This document shows positions 30,105-40,109 of a stretch of DNA of 64,000 nucleotides, piece by piece (within the stretch, counting starts at the first letter, position 1; each line of letters begins with the position of its first letter). The notes beneath the pieces are model-generated. The model was not told the origin of the DNA and searched no databases. It was given only the letters and a program-made list of their open reading frames with translations. The stretch comes from an uncultured Gammaproteobacteria bacterium. Its GTDB lineage: Bacteria > Pseudomonadota > Gammaproteobacteria > CAISUE01. The position numbers were made by a program, and so were the translations under genes. The stretch is from the NCBI GenBank assembly GCA_964471475.1, contig CAYYFQ010000009.1, positions 1,337 through 65,336 of the forward strand. The letters are read 5' to 3'.

Positions 30105-32351
30105 TTAAGGTTTTCGTCGCGATTTTTTCTTAGGCGTGGTGCTTTTTACGGGTGTTGCTAATTCGAAATCAATTTTCTTTTCTTCAAGGTCCACACGAGA
30201 GACTAATACATCGACTTTATCACCTAAGCGATAGGTTTTGCCAGTGCGTTCGCCACGCAAGCGTTGATGAGCAGCATCAAATTGGTAATAATCATTTGGT
30301 AAGCTGGTGACGTGAATTAAGCCTTCCACATAAATATCTTTAAGTTCTACAAATAAGCCAAAACCCGCCACATGGCTAATGACACCAGAAAATACTTGCC
30401 CTACCTTATCTTTCAAAAATTGACATTTTAAGCTTAAGGTGGCATCTCGCGTAGCATCATCCGCTCGGCGTTCGGTAAGAGAGCAATGTTCTCCCAGTTG
30501 AACCATTTGTGGGGAGGCGTAGGGATAGAGTTCATTTTTATTTTTGGTGTCGGCAATGCTTTGTTTTAAAGCACGATGCACAAGTAAATCAGGATAACGA
30601 CGAATCGGTGAAGTAAAATGCGTGTAAATAGGATAAGCTAAACCAAAATGCCCCGCATTCTCAGGAGAATACACTGCTTGAGAAAGCGAGCGAAGCAACA
30701 TGACTTGAATTAAATGTGCATCAGGACGCTCCTGGATTTTTTCAATCAAAAAAGCATAATCTTTTGGAGTGGGTTTTTCGCCACCCGGTAAGGATAAGCC
30801 TAATTCGCGTAAAAAGCTATGTAAGTTAGTAATTTTTTCTGTTTTCGGGCCATTATGAACCCGATATAAAATTGGTAATAATTTTTGCTTTGCTAAGCTT
30901 TCAGCGACAGCCACGTTTGCCGCTAACATGCATTCTTCAATTAATCGATGGGAGTCTAAGCGCGCACGTGGTATGATTTTTTCAATTTTTCGATCTTTAT
31001 CAAAAATAATTTGTGTTTCTACGGTTGAAAAATCTAAAGCACCGCGTTTTTCACGCGCTGCTAATAATACATGATAAAGTGCATCTAGTTTTTCTAAGGT
31101 AGGTAAAATATTCTTATATTTTTTTTGTAATTTTGGATCATTTCCTTTTAAGAGCTCATCTACTAAGTTATACGTCAAGCGGGCTTTAGAGTGCATGACA
31201 GCATTGTAATATTGACTTTTAATGATTTTTCCTTGGGGATTAATCAGTAAATCAGCAGCCATGCAAAGACGGTCGACATTGGGTTTCAATGAACAGAGTT
31301 CATTGGACAAAATTTCCGGTAGCATGGGAATCACTTTGCCTGGAAAATAGACAGAGGTTCCTCGACGCATGGCTTCTTGATCAAGCGCACTTCCTGGTTT
31401 TACATAATGTGCCACATCAGCAATGGCTACGATCAAGCGATAATTTTTACCTTGCTTTTCAACGTATACCGCATCATCAAAATCTTGAGCATCTTCGCCA
31501 TCAATCGTAAACAAATTTAATTCACGTAGATCAATACGATCCTTTTTATCTTTTTCAGAAACCGTGTTTTTAAAAGTTTTAATTTCTTGAGCAACTTCAT
31601 TTGACCATTGATGAGGAATTTGGTGAGCACGCAAAGCAATATCAATTTCCTTGCCCGGACCAAATTTATCGCCAATGACTTCGGTGATAATCCCCGCAGG
31701 TTCGCGATATTCGCTAGGTTGTACAGTGAGTTTGACAACAACGACTTCGCCTGAGCGTGCTTTTTTAGTTTCATCGTTTAAGATAAGAATAGACTGGGGA
31801 ATACGTTTATTTTCGGGGATAACGTAAGCAGCCGAACCTTCTTTGATGTAACGCCCGACAATTTCTTGCGTTTTGCTTTCTAAGACTTCTACAATCGCTG
31901 CATCACGCCGCCCTTTTGGGTCAAGGCCCATAATGCGTACCAGTACACGGTCACCATCAAATACTTTGCGCATTTGACGTGCATTTAAAAATAAATCGGG
32001 CGATAAATCATCGGGGATAAGAAAACCAAAACCATCTGGATGCCCCTGTACACGACCTGCAATTAAATTCATTTTTTCAAGTGGACCATAACCGTCACGG
32101 CGGTTAAGGTTTAATTGGCCGTCACGGCACATTGCGGTTAAGCGACGTCGTAGCGCTTCTAAATCTTCTTCACTATGCAAATTTAAATCTTCTGCAATTT
32201 CATCAAAAACAGCGGGTTTTCCACGTTTTTTTAAGTATTGCAAAATAAGTTCACGGCTGGCGATGGGTTTTAAATATTTGAGCGCTTCTCGGGCTGCAAA
32301 AGGATCTTTAAGGGATCTGTGCGAAGTATTTCCTTTCATTTTTTTAGACAT
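30105..32351 (-). CDS. rnr: ribonuclease R
   Basis: 748 aa. RNB catalytic domain motifs (DGEDAQDFDDAV), C-terminal S1 domain and Lys-rich tail. Confidence 0.94.
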   Translation of the reverse strand: MSKKMKGNTSHRSLKDPFAAREALKYLKPIASRELILQYLKKRGKPAVFDEIAEDLNLHSEEDLEALRRRLTAMCRDGQLNLNRRDGYGPLEKMNLIAGRVQGHPDGFGFLIPDDLSPDLFLNARQMRKVFDGDRVLVRIMGLDPKGRRDAAIVEVLESKTQEIVGRYIKEGSAAYVIPENKRIPQSILILNDETKKARSGEVVVVKLTVQPSEYREPAGIITEVIGDKFGPGKEIDIALRAHQIPHQWSNEVAQEIKTFKNTVSEKDKKDRIDLRELNLFTIDGEDAQDFDDAVYVEKQGKNYRLIVAIADVAHYVKPGSALDQEAMRRGTSVYFPGKVIPMLPEILSNELCSLKPNVDRLCMAADLLINPQGKIIKSQYYNAVMHSKARLTYNLVDELLKGNDPKLQKKYKNILPTLEKLDALYHVLLAAREKRGALDFSTVETQIIFDKDRKIEKIIPRARLDSHRLIEECMLAANVAVAESLAKQKLLPILYRVHNGPKTEKITNLHSFLRELGLSLPGGEKPTPKDYAFLIEKIQERPDAHLIQVMLLRSLSQAVYSPENAGHFGLAYPIYTHFTSPIRRYPDLLVHRALKQSIADTKNKNELYPYASPQMVQLGEHCSLTERRADDATRDATLSLKCQFLKDKVGQVFSGVISHVAGFGLFVELKDIYVEGLIHVTSLPNDYYQFDAAHQRLRGERTGKTYRLGDKVDVLVSRVDLEEKKIDFELATPVKSTTPKKKSRRKP

Positions 32352-32359
32352 AATCTTCC

Positions 32360-33694
32360 TTAAAATTGACGTATATAATCTGCAAATTCATTTGCCAGTA
32401 ATCCTACTTCTTCTTTGTCGTCTGCTTCAATCATGATGCGTAAGACGGGTTCCGTACCAGAGGCGCGTATGAGTGAACGCCCGCGGTTTTCTAGATGTTT
32501 ATTGAGCTTGGTAATTTTAGCTTGTACTTCTTCTTTTTGCAAAAGCATTTTAGCATTGGGAATATTAATATTTAATAAAATTTGAGGCATCTTGTGCCAT
32601 TGAGTACTCAGTTCATGCAAAGTTTTTTGCTGTTTCACCATGGCCGCTAATACTTGGAGTGCAGAGATAATGCCGTCTCCTGTGCTTGTGAGATTCAAAC
32701 ACACGATATGACCCGAGGCTTCTCCCCCGAACTGCCATTGGTTTTTTTTTAAAAGTTCCATCACAAAACGGTCGCCCACTTTGGCGCGTTCAAAAGGAAT
32801 ATTGTGTTGTTTGAACGCAAGTTCTAAGCCCAAATTGGTCATTTCAGTACCCACAATGCCTCCGAAAAAGCGTTTTTCATTGTGTGCTTGTTGTGCAATA
32901 ATGTAGAGCAGTTGGTCTCCATCGACTAAATTACCCAAATGATCCACCATTAACACGCGGTCACCATCTCCATCAAAAGCAATTCCTAAATCCGCTTGTT
33001 GACCAACAACAATTTTTTTTAACCATTCTGGGTGTGTGGAGCCGCATTGCGCATTGATGTTGTAGCCATCAGGTTCCGCGTTAATATCAATGACTTCTGC
33101 GCCCAATTCTTCAAAGACGGGAGGAGCCACGTGATAGGTAGCGCCATTAGCACAATCTAATACAATCTTTAAGCCATGTAAGCTTTTTGTGGTGGGGAAA
33201 GTGCTTTTACAAAATTCGATATAACGCCCGGGGGCGTCATCAATGCGGCGTGCTTTTCCTAATTCACCGCCAGCACACATTTTTAGTTCTTCTTGTAATT
33301 GGGTTTCAATTTGTTTTTCCACTTCTTGCGAAATTTTTAAGCCTTGGGAAGTAAAAAATTTAAAGCCATTATCGAAATAGGGGTTATGGGAGGCGCTAAT
33401 GACAATTCCAATATCGGCTCGAAAAGCACGAGTTAAATAAGCGATTGCTGGCGTTGGCATGGGGCCGAGTAATTGAATATTGACGCCTGCGTAAAGTAAC
33501 CCAGCTTCCAACGCAGATTCAAACATATAGCCGGAAACACGCGTATCTTTCCCGATGAGCACATTGGCGTTTTGTTTGTGTTGCAATAATACTTTGCCGA
33601 CAGCCCATCCTAATTTCAAAATAAAATCGGGCGTAATCGCATCACTACCTACACGTCCTCTAATGCCATCCGTCCCGAAATAATTTATGGTCAT
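32360..33694 (-). CDS. glmM: phosphoglucosamine mutase
   Basis: 444 aa. YFGTDGIRG and active-site SASHNP. Confidence 0.95.
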   Translation of the reverse strand: MTINYFGTDGIRGRVGSDAITPDFILKLGWAVGKVLLQHKQNANVLIGKDTRVSGYMFESALEAGLLYAGVNIQLLGPMPTPAIAYLTRAFRADIGIVISASHNPYFDNGFKFFTSQGLKISQEVEKQIETQLQEELKMCAGGELGKARRIDDAPGRYIEFCKSTFPTTKSLHGLKIVLDCANGATYHVAPPVFEELGAEVIDINAEPDGYNINAQCGSTHPEWLKKIVVGQQADLGIAFDGDGDRVLMVDHLGNLVDGDQLLYIIAQQAHNEKRFFGGIVGTEMTNLGLELAFKQHNIPFERAKVGDRFVMELLKKNQWQFGGEASGHIVCLNLTSTGDGIISALQVLAAMVKQQKTLHELSTQWHKMPQILLNINIPNAKMLLQKEEVQAKITKLNKHLENRGRSLIRASGTEPVLRIMIEADDKEEVGLLANEFADYIRQF

Positions 33695-33714
33695 AGTTTT
33701 TCCAACACGCGTCC

Positions 33715-34971
33715 TTACATATGCGTAATAATCGCATCGCCAAACTGTGAAGCGGTGAGTAATTTGGCTCCGGTCATTAAGCGCTCAAAATCGTAGGTGA
33801 CGGTTTTAGCTTGAATGGCGCCATCCATCCCTTTGATGATAAGGTCTGCCGCCGCACTCCAGCCTAGGTGTCTTAACATCATTTCTGCTGATAAAATCAA
33901 AGAACCTGGATTGACTTTATCTTGGCCTGCATACTTAGGCGCGGTACCATGAGTGGCTTCAAACATCGCCACTTTTTTGCTCATATTGGCACCGGGGGCA
34001 ATCCCGATACCACCTACTTCGGCAGCAAGGGCGTCCGAAATATAATCACCATTTAAATTTAAAGTGGCAATGACATCATATTCCGAAGGGCGTAGCAAAA
34101 TTTGTTGCAAAAAGGCGTCTGCAATGACATCTTTAATGATAATTTCTTGATGGGTTTTGGGGTTCATAAGCTTCATCCAAGGGCCACCATCAAGTAATTG
34201 AGCGCCAAATTCTTGTTTGGCGATATTATAGCCCCAATCTTTAAAAGCACCTTCCGTAAACTTCATGATGTTGCCTTTATGGACTAATGTCACAGAGGTT
34301 CGGTTGTTGTCAATGGCGTATTGAATGGCGGCGCGGACTAAGCGTTCCGTCCCTTCTTTAGAGACCGGTTTGATACCAATTCCACAATGTTCTGGGAAGC
34401 GAATTTTTTTTACCCCCATTTCTTCACGTAAAAACTTAATGAGTTTTTGAGCGCCTTCGCTGTCGGGTGCCCATTCAATCCCCGCATAAATATCTTCCGA
34501 GTTTTCACGAAAAATTACCATATCCACTTTTTCAGGCGCTTTAACAGGGCTTGGTACGCCTTTAAAATAACGTACTGGGCGTAAGCAAACAAATAAATCT
34601 AATTCTTGGCGAAGCGTCACATTCAATGAGCGGATACCGCCACCTACGGGAGTGGTTAAAGGACCTTTGATGGAAACCACATAATCTTTGACGGCATGTA
34701 AAGTTTCTTCAGGTAGCCACACGTCTTTGCCATAGACTTGAGTAGCTTTTTCACCCGCATAAATTTCCATCCATGCAATTTGTTTTTCCCCTTGATAAGC
34801 TTTTTGAACCGCAGCATCCACCACTTTTTTCATGACAGGAGTGATATCCACGCCTGTGCCATCTCCTTCAATAAAAGGAATGATGGGCGTGTTTGGTACA
34901 TTAAGGGAATCATCTTGATTTAAGGTAATTTTTTGACCGTTAGGAGGGAGTTGGATATGTTGAAAAGTCAT
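33715..34971 (-). CDS. icd: isocitrate dehydrogenase (NADP)
   Basis: 418 aa. Collinear with Icd (..[12 protein letters not shown].., [25 protein letters not shown]). Confidence 0.95.
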   Translation of the reverse strand: MTFQHIQLPPNGQKITLNQDDSLNVPNTPIIPFIEGDGTGVDITPVMKKVVDAAVQKAYQGEKQIAWMEIYAGEKATQVYGKDVWLPEETLHAVKDYVVSIKGPLTTPVGGGIRSLNVTLRQELDLFVCLRPVRYFKGVPSPVKAPEKVDMVIFRENSEDIYAGIEWAPDSEGAQKLIKFLREEMGVKKIRFPEHCGIGIKPVSKEGTERLVRAAIQYAIDNNRTSVTLVHKGNIMKFTEGAFKDWGYNIAKQEFGAQLLDGGPWMKLMNPKTHQEIIIKDVIADAFLQQILLRPSEYDVIATLNLNGDYISDALAAEVGGIGIAPGANMSKKVAMFEATHGTAPKYAGQDKVNPGSLILSAEMMLRHLGWSAAADLIIKGMDGAIQAKTVTYDFERLMTGAKLLTASQFGDAIITHM

Positions 34972-35010
34972 GGGATTCTCGTAATTTAAAAAGTGGAAAT
35001 GATACCATTT

Positions 35011-35571
35011 TTATCCCATAAAGCCAAAACCAGAAGTCCCAGCGCTAATAAAACTATTATTTGAGTCAGGGCCATTATTATTATCAATAAATAAACTGAC
35101 ATCCATAAATTGCTTAGCACTTGTGGGCGCCATATTTTTATTCAAAAACTTTACTTGATAAGTTAAGCTATGTTTGGAGCTATTATAAATAGGGTGCGAT
35201 AACTCAATAGCTTTGGGAGTTATTTCCACCAAATTTTTTGCTTCTAAAGTAATGTCAGTAAGCGCTGCGTTTGGATTGTTTTGTTGAAAGCTATTGGATC
35301 CTGTCTTCCATTTTTGAATAAAAGCTCCGGTTTCAATCACACCTGCTTTGCGTACGGGCCGATCACTAAACCACAAAGTCTTAGGGTCTACGTTAAGTAA
35401 TGTCAGTGTATTAGCGCTGAGCGTGGCGGATTGAGCCACTTGCACAAACAGCAATGAAACTTTTTGTGGTGGTACCGTTGCTTTTTGGGATGTTACTTCT
35501 TGTGCGTTTATTGAGGGAGTAAAGCTTAGGGCGGCAATCGTTAGTAGGCTAACTTCTAAAATCTTTTTCAT
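35011..35571 (-). CDS. secreted hypothetical protein
   Basis: 186 aa with signal peptide MKKILEVSLLTIAALSFTPSINA|QE. No recognisable domain. Confidence 0.6.
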   Translation of the reverse strand: MKKILEVSLLTIAALSFTPSINAQEVTSQKATVPPQKVSLLFVQVAQSATLSANTLTLLNVDPKTLWFSDRPVRKAGVIETGAFIQKWKTGSNSFQQNNPNAALTDITLEAKNLVEITPKAIELSHPIYNSSKHSLTYQVKFLNKNMAPTSAKQFMDVSLFIDNNNGPDSNNSFISAGTSGFGFMG

Positions 35572-35759
35572 TTCAATCTCCTTAGTGAAAAAAGCTATAA
35601 TACCACGTAATGAGAGCGTATTGGCTCAAGCCTTATTTGAATACTTCGTACACGACAAAGCCGGATAATTGCAAAACGAGTGGCGCTAGCAACGCAGAGT
35701 ATCACGCTAAGTGGGTAGTGCTATACTACGTGGTCTCACTAAATTTTAGGAGTAACAAT

Positions 35760-37070
35760 ATGCCTCTACCAAAAAAAATTCTGGTCATAGGAGCTACGGG
35801 TTTTATTGCAGCTCAAATTGTAACGGATTTATTGGCAGCAGGGCACGACGTGGTATGCTGCGTACGAGATGTGGCGTATGCCCGAAATATTTTCCCTAAA
35901 GCGCAAGTGTTGGAGTGCAATTTTTATCAAGACACTCAGGAGCAAGTGTGGCTCCCGCGTTTGGAAGGTGTTGATGTGGTTATCAATTGCGTTGGGATTT
36001 TATACCATCCTGATCCCCAAAAAATTTGGAAAGTGCATTTTGAAACACCAAAAGCGATTTTTGACGCTGCCGTTCAATGTGGTGTTAAAAAGATTTTTCA
36101 AATTTCTGCATTGGGTGCTGATCAAGTGGCAGTGGCCTATGCAGAAAGTAAAAAAGCGTGTGACGATTATTTACTATCGTTACCGCTAGAAGCCATTATT
36201 TTACGGCCTTCTTTGGTTTACGGACGTGGTTCCTACGGAGGGACTTCTTTATTTCGAGCTTTAGCCAGTTTGCCTTGGGTGATTCCAGTTCCAGGCAATG
36301 GTGAACAAAGTTTTCAACCCATTTATATTGAAGATTTGTCGGCTGCTATTGTGCAATTAATCAATAAATCGATCGGGCAGAGTATTGTGTTGGATGCGGT
36401 AGGTCCTGCACGTATTCATATGAAGGAATTGCTCCCAAAGTTACGTCGTTGGCTTGGTTTTGCTAAAGCGAAACAGTTTTTTATTCCTTTGCTTTGTATT
36501 CGCATCGGCGCATTTTTTGGCAATCTTATTCCTTATTCCACTCTAAATAAAACAGCCTATCAAATGATGATTCACAATAATGTGAGTACAGACGAGGCCA
36601 CATTAAAGTTTCAGCAAATAATTGGGTTTGTGCCGCGCGATTTTATGACAGGGTTGTATGAGCAACCGAGCACAGTACAAGATCGTTGGCATGCGAGATT
36701 GTTTTTTTTAAAGCCATTACTTTCGCTAAGCATCGCTTTCGTATGGATTTGGACGGGGTTATGCAGCGCGTTTTTTTACCCCCATCAAGAAGCTTATCTT
36801 CTCTTGCAACAAGTTGGGATTAACGGTATGTTTGCACCCGTGGCCCTTTATGGAGCGAGTTTAGTGGATGTGGTGCTAGGGGGCGCTTTACTTGCGCAAT
36901 ATCGCACTAAATTGGTTTGCCAAATTCAACTATTGTTGATGGTGGCGTATACCGTGTTAATTAGTTGGAAATTGCCGATGCTATGGTTGGATACTTTTGC
37001 GCCAATCGCTAAAAATGTTCCGCTTATTGTGGCTATTTTAATTTATCTTGCTTTGGAGTCTGACCGATGA
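35760..37070 (+). CDS. NAD(P)-binding SDR/epimerase domain fused to a C-terminal DoxX-like membrane domain
   Basis: Start moved to ATG 35760 (AGGAG 7 nt upstream). VIGATGFIAAQIV Rossmann motif. C-terminal about 130 aa forms 4 hydrophobic helices. Confidence 0.8.
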   Translation: MPLPKKILVIGATGFIAAQIVTDLLAAGHDVVCCVRDVAYARNIFPKAQVLECNFYQDTQEQVWLPRLEGVDVVINCVGILYHPDPQKIWKVHFETPKAIFDAAVQCGVKKIFQISALGADQVAVAYAESKKACDDYLLSLPLEAIILRPSLVYGRGSYGGTSLFRALASLPWVIPVPGNGEQSFQPIYIEDLSAAIVQLINKSIGQSIVLDAVGPARIHMKELLPKLRRWLGFAKAKQFFIPLLCIRIGAFFGNLIPYSTLNKTAYQMMIHNNVSTDEATLKFQQIIGFVPRDFMTGLYEQPSTVQDRWHARLFFLKPLLSLSIAFVWIWTGLCSAFFYPHQEAYLLLQQVGINGMFAPVALYGASLVDVVLGGALLAQYRTKLVCQIQLLLMVAYTVLISWKLPMLWLDTFAPIAKNVPLIVAILIYLALESDR

Positions 37071-37534
37071 ATCTTTATTTATTTTTAAAATTTGTGCATA
37101 TTGTAAGCTCTACTATTTTATTTGGTACGGGTCTTGGTACGGCATGTAATCTTTATTTGGCGACTAAAACGAATGATGTACATTTGATTGCTAATACGGC
37201 GCGTTATGTTGTTATGGCGGATTGGATTTTTACAACGACTAGCGGTTTTATTCAGCCTGTGACAGGGATTTGGATGATGTTATTAGTTGGTTATTCTTTC
37301 ATGGCGCCGTGGTTGCTGTGGTCTATCATTGGTTATTTGATTGCAGGATTTTGTTGGTTTCCTGTGGTGTTCTTTCAAATTCAAATGCGTAATCTTGCGA
37401 TTGCTGCAGATAAAGCTAACACTCCCTTACCAGCAAAATTTTATACGTATTTTCGCTGGTGGTTTTGGCTTGGATGGCCTGCTTTTATTAGTTTGATCGG
37501 TGTTTTTTATCTTATGACTAACAAGCATTTTTAA
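37067..37534 (+). CDS. integral membrane protein, DUF2269-like
   Basis: 155 aa, 4 TM. N-terminus LKFVHIVSSTILFGTGLG resembles DUF2269. ATGA overlap with the upstream gene. Confidence 0.65.
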   Translation: MNLYLFLKFVHIVSSTILFGTGLGTACNLYLATKTNDVHLIANTARYVVMADWIFTTTSGFIQPVTGIWMMLLVGYSFMAPWLLWSIIGYLIAGFCWFPVVFFQIQMRNLAIAADKANTPLPAKFYTYFRWWFWLGWPAFISLIGVFYLMTNKHF

Positions 37535-37536
37535 CG

Positions 37537-38187
37537 ATGATCAAAAAATTTTTAGTACTGTGCTTATTTTGGGCAAGTAGGGTATGCCTGGGGAGCAATT
37601 TTTATGCAGGTTCTGATATCGGAGTGGAGTCGGCTGATTTTAAAGAAACCACACATGCGTTAGGCCCTTACACACAAGCGGCTTCCACTAAAAATCTGGC
37701 TGGTCATGGTGCGTTGATTGATTTTTTTGGAGGTTATTGTTTTATTCGCCAACATTTTTATTTAGGGAGTGAATTAGGCTTCACTTCTAGTTCTTTGGCG
37801 TATAACACCTATTACAGTGATCCTCTCTATGGTATCAACACGGAGACTCGTTATTCGCTCTACCAGCATGGGGGCGTCAGTTTTTTACCAGGTTATCTTT
37901 TTAAAGATGGTTTATTATTGTATGGGCGTGTAGGATATGAGCGAGGTTTATTTCAGCTCCACACGACGGATGATAGTTTAACTCCCTTGCACGCATGGAT
38001 AGGTGGCATACGATATGGCTTGGGGGTGGAAAAAAGTTTTACCCCCCAATGGGGCGCTCGTCTCGATGTGAGTCGAATTCAATACCAAGGGGTGAATTAT
38101 CAAGTTAACCAGGGAAATGGGGCAACGAATATTCGCATTACGCCAACCACTATGCAAGTGGCACTCGGAGCACTTTATAGATTTTAG
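37537..38187 (+). CDS. small outer-membrane beta-barrel protein (OmpA-like/Opa-like barrel)
   Basis: Signal peptide, alternating amphipathic strands, C-terminal ...ALGALYRF with terminal Phe. Confidence 0.75.
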   Translation: MIKKFLVLCLFWASRVCLGSNFYAGSDIGVESADFKETTHALGPYTQAASTKNLAGHGALIDFFGGYCFIRQHFYLGSELGFTSSSLAYNTYYSDPLYGINTETRYSLYQHGGVSFLPGYLFKDGLLLYGRVGYERGLFQLHTTDDSLTPLHAWIGGIRYGLGVEKSFTPQWGARLDVSRIQYQGVNYQVNQGNGATNIRITPTTMQVALGALYRF

Positions 38188-38246
38188 CCGCTACGGTGAT
38201 AATATTGTGTTATAATTCACAAAAATATGATGGAACACCTTATAAT

Positions 38247-38501
38247 ATGAAAAATAAAAATATTCTTGCTGTGATCGCTTTGTTAGTTCTTACTGGCTGT
38301 ACTATCAAGGTTTACCACACAGATCAACCACTTCCTCCTCCCCCTGTTTCTAGCCAAACTACTGATGAGCAGCCTGCGCAGCCATTAACGCCTGGAGAAA
38401 AAGCGGCGATTAAGCAAGCTGGGCACGATGCAAAAGCCGGAATGAAAAAATGTTGGGATGCTCTTGCTTCGTGGCATCACAAGCATAAAAATCAGTCATG
38501 A
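38247..38501 (+). CDS. small lipoprotein
   Basis: Start moved to ATG 38247. Lipobox LVLTG|C, Pro-rich linker. 84 aa. Confidence 0.6.
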   Translation: MKNKNILAVIALLVLTGCTIKVYHTDQPLPPPPVSSQTTDEQPAQPLTPGEKAAIKQAGHDAKAGMKKCWDALASWHHKHKNQS

Positions 38502-38546
38502 TTTTGAGAATAACTAGTCACGCTGTACTGAACAAAAGCTTGCGCC

Positions 38547-38600
38547 GCTTGTCATCCCGCGGCTTGACCGGCAACAACGCCGGCTTGACCTCGGGATCCA
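38547..38600. repeat. degenerate GTCATCCCGCG...CGGGATCC hairpin module (related to cores of the elements at 44.3 and 56.2-56.5 kb)
   Basis: gcttgtcatcccgcggcttgaccggcaacaacgccggcttgacctcgggatcca. Compare with gctgtcatcccgcgacttgttcgcgggatcca at 56469-56500. Confidence 0.5.
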
Positions 38601-38844
38601 GTAAGGTTAACACCTAATGCTTGCTCGTTTTTTTGCCACTTTATGGAGACCGTAAACTGACCTAAGCCTAGTAATTGTGCATGCTTTACTCCAAGGGAGA
38701 AACGTTTTGTCTTAGAAGGAATAACCGCTGAGCTTCTCTTGATTCAATCAATTCAAGCGTTGCTTCTGCTTCATATCCCCTCTATCTGCTAAAACATTCG
38801 GTGCCTCTTTATCCAACAATAAAGCTTACGTTATTTTTGGGTAA

Positions 38845-38934
38845 TTAATTTTCGTCTAGCTCCAACCACATTGCATTCAATACAGAAAAACAGCAGGCGA
38901 AACCTAAACCTAACATCCACGCAAAATACCACAT
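38845..38934 (-). CDS. cydX: cytochrome bd-I oxidase small subunit CydX (not in ORF track)
   Basis: My own translation: MWYFAWMLGLGFACCFSVLNAMWLELDEN. Lies 23 nt downstream of cydB. The MWYFAW start is diagnostic of CydX. Confidence 0.85.
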   Translation of the reverse strand: MWYFAWMLGLGFACCFSVLNAMWLELDEN

Positions 38935-38957
38935 AAATTGAATTCCTCTAGTTTTTA

Positions 38958-40094
38958 CTAATAAAGCTCTTTACCATCTTCTTCAATCATACTCTTAGTC
39001 ACAGGTCCTCGCATGACGCGATAGATCCATGCAGTATAACCAATCACAATGGGCAAAAATATCACCCCTACCCACAACATTAAGGTAAGCGTCAGTTGAC
39101 TTGAGGAGGCATCCCACACTAATAAACTGTGAGCAGGTGTGGATGAAGAAGGTAGTAATACGGGAAACATACTGAAACCCACTGTTGCAATAATTCCAGC
39201 AATGGAAAGTGCGCTTGCCACAAAAGCAAGCTTACAAGCATTGCCTAAATTTAACACGATACAAAAAACGGCGCCTGCAAAACCTAAAATAGGCGCATAA
39301 CGAAAGTAAGGATATTCACCGTAATTATGCATCCATTGGCCAAGCACCATCGCCATTTGTTTATGCAAAGGGTTAGAAGGGCCGTCCGTGGCAAGCGCTG
39401 AAGTTAAGCCATAACCGGGAATGTGTTGGATCCACCAACCACCCAGGGCAAATAAAATAATACTTAATAACGCGCACAGCATTGCCGCTTTTTGAGCGCG
39501 CCCTTTGAGAGGTGCGAGTGTTTTAGTGGCTACATAATTAGCACCATGCATCGTCAGCATGCTGACACTTAATAGACCGCAGAGTAATGCAAAAGGATTA
39601 AGGAGCGCAAAAAAACTACCCTCATAAAAGAAACGCAAGCTTTGATCAAAATGAAAAGGTACGCCTTCTAAGACATTCCCAATAGCTACGCCAAAAATTA
39701 AACTAGGAATAAAGCCGCTGAGCATTAGCAACGCATCCCAGGTGGCACGCCAGCGGGGCGTATTAATTTTGCTGCGATATTTAAAACTGACGGGGCGTAA
39801 AATGAAGCCAGTGAGCGCCACAAACATCGCCAAATAAAACCCCGAAAAAGAAGCAGCGTAAATATAAGGCCAAGCCGCGAAAATCGCGCCTCCTCCTAAG
39901 ATAATCCACACTTGGTTCCCTTCCCAAATGGGGCCGAGGGTATTGATGATAATTCTTTTTTCATTATCATTTTTAGCAAGCCAGGGTAAGAGGATCACGG
40001 CACCTAAATCAAAGCCATCCATAATGGCAAAAGCAATTAATAACAATCCTAATAAAAACCACCAAATGACACGTAAAATTGTATAGTCAAACAT
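38958..40094 (-). CDS. cydB: cytochrome bd ubiquinol oxidase subunit II
   Basis: 378 aa. MFDYTILRVIWW..LL..FAIMDGFDLG is the canonical CydB N-terminus. Confidence 0.96.
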   Translation of the reverse strand: MFDYTILRVIWWFLLGLLLIAFAIMDGFDLGAVILLPWLAKNDNEKRIIINTLGPIWEGNQVWIILGGGAIFAAWPYIYAASFSGFYLAMFVALTGFILRPVSFKYRSKINTPRWRATWDALLMLSGFIPSLIFGVAIGNVLEGVPFHFDQSLRFFYEGSFFALLNPFALLCGLLSVSMLTMHGANYVATKTLAPLKGRAQKAAMLCALLSIILFALGGWWIQHIPGYGLTSALATDGPSNPLHKQMAMVLGQWMHNYGEYPYFRYAPILGFAGAVFCIVLNLGNACKLAFVASALSIAGIIATVGFSMFPVLLPSSSTPAHSLLVWDASSSQLTLTLMLWVGVIFLPIVIGYTAWIYRVMRGPVTKSMIEEDGKELY

Positions 40095-40109
40095 GATTAT
40101 CTACTCCTT

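Noticed and set aside
38640-38830. Possible decayed IS5-family transposase remnant on the minus strand (…VLADRG… followed, after a frameshift, by ..EAEATLELIES..)
   Set aside because: Only one short ADRGY-like motif with multiple stops and frameshifts. That is insufficient to call a pseudogene without a database search.
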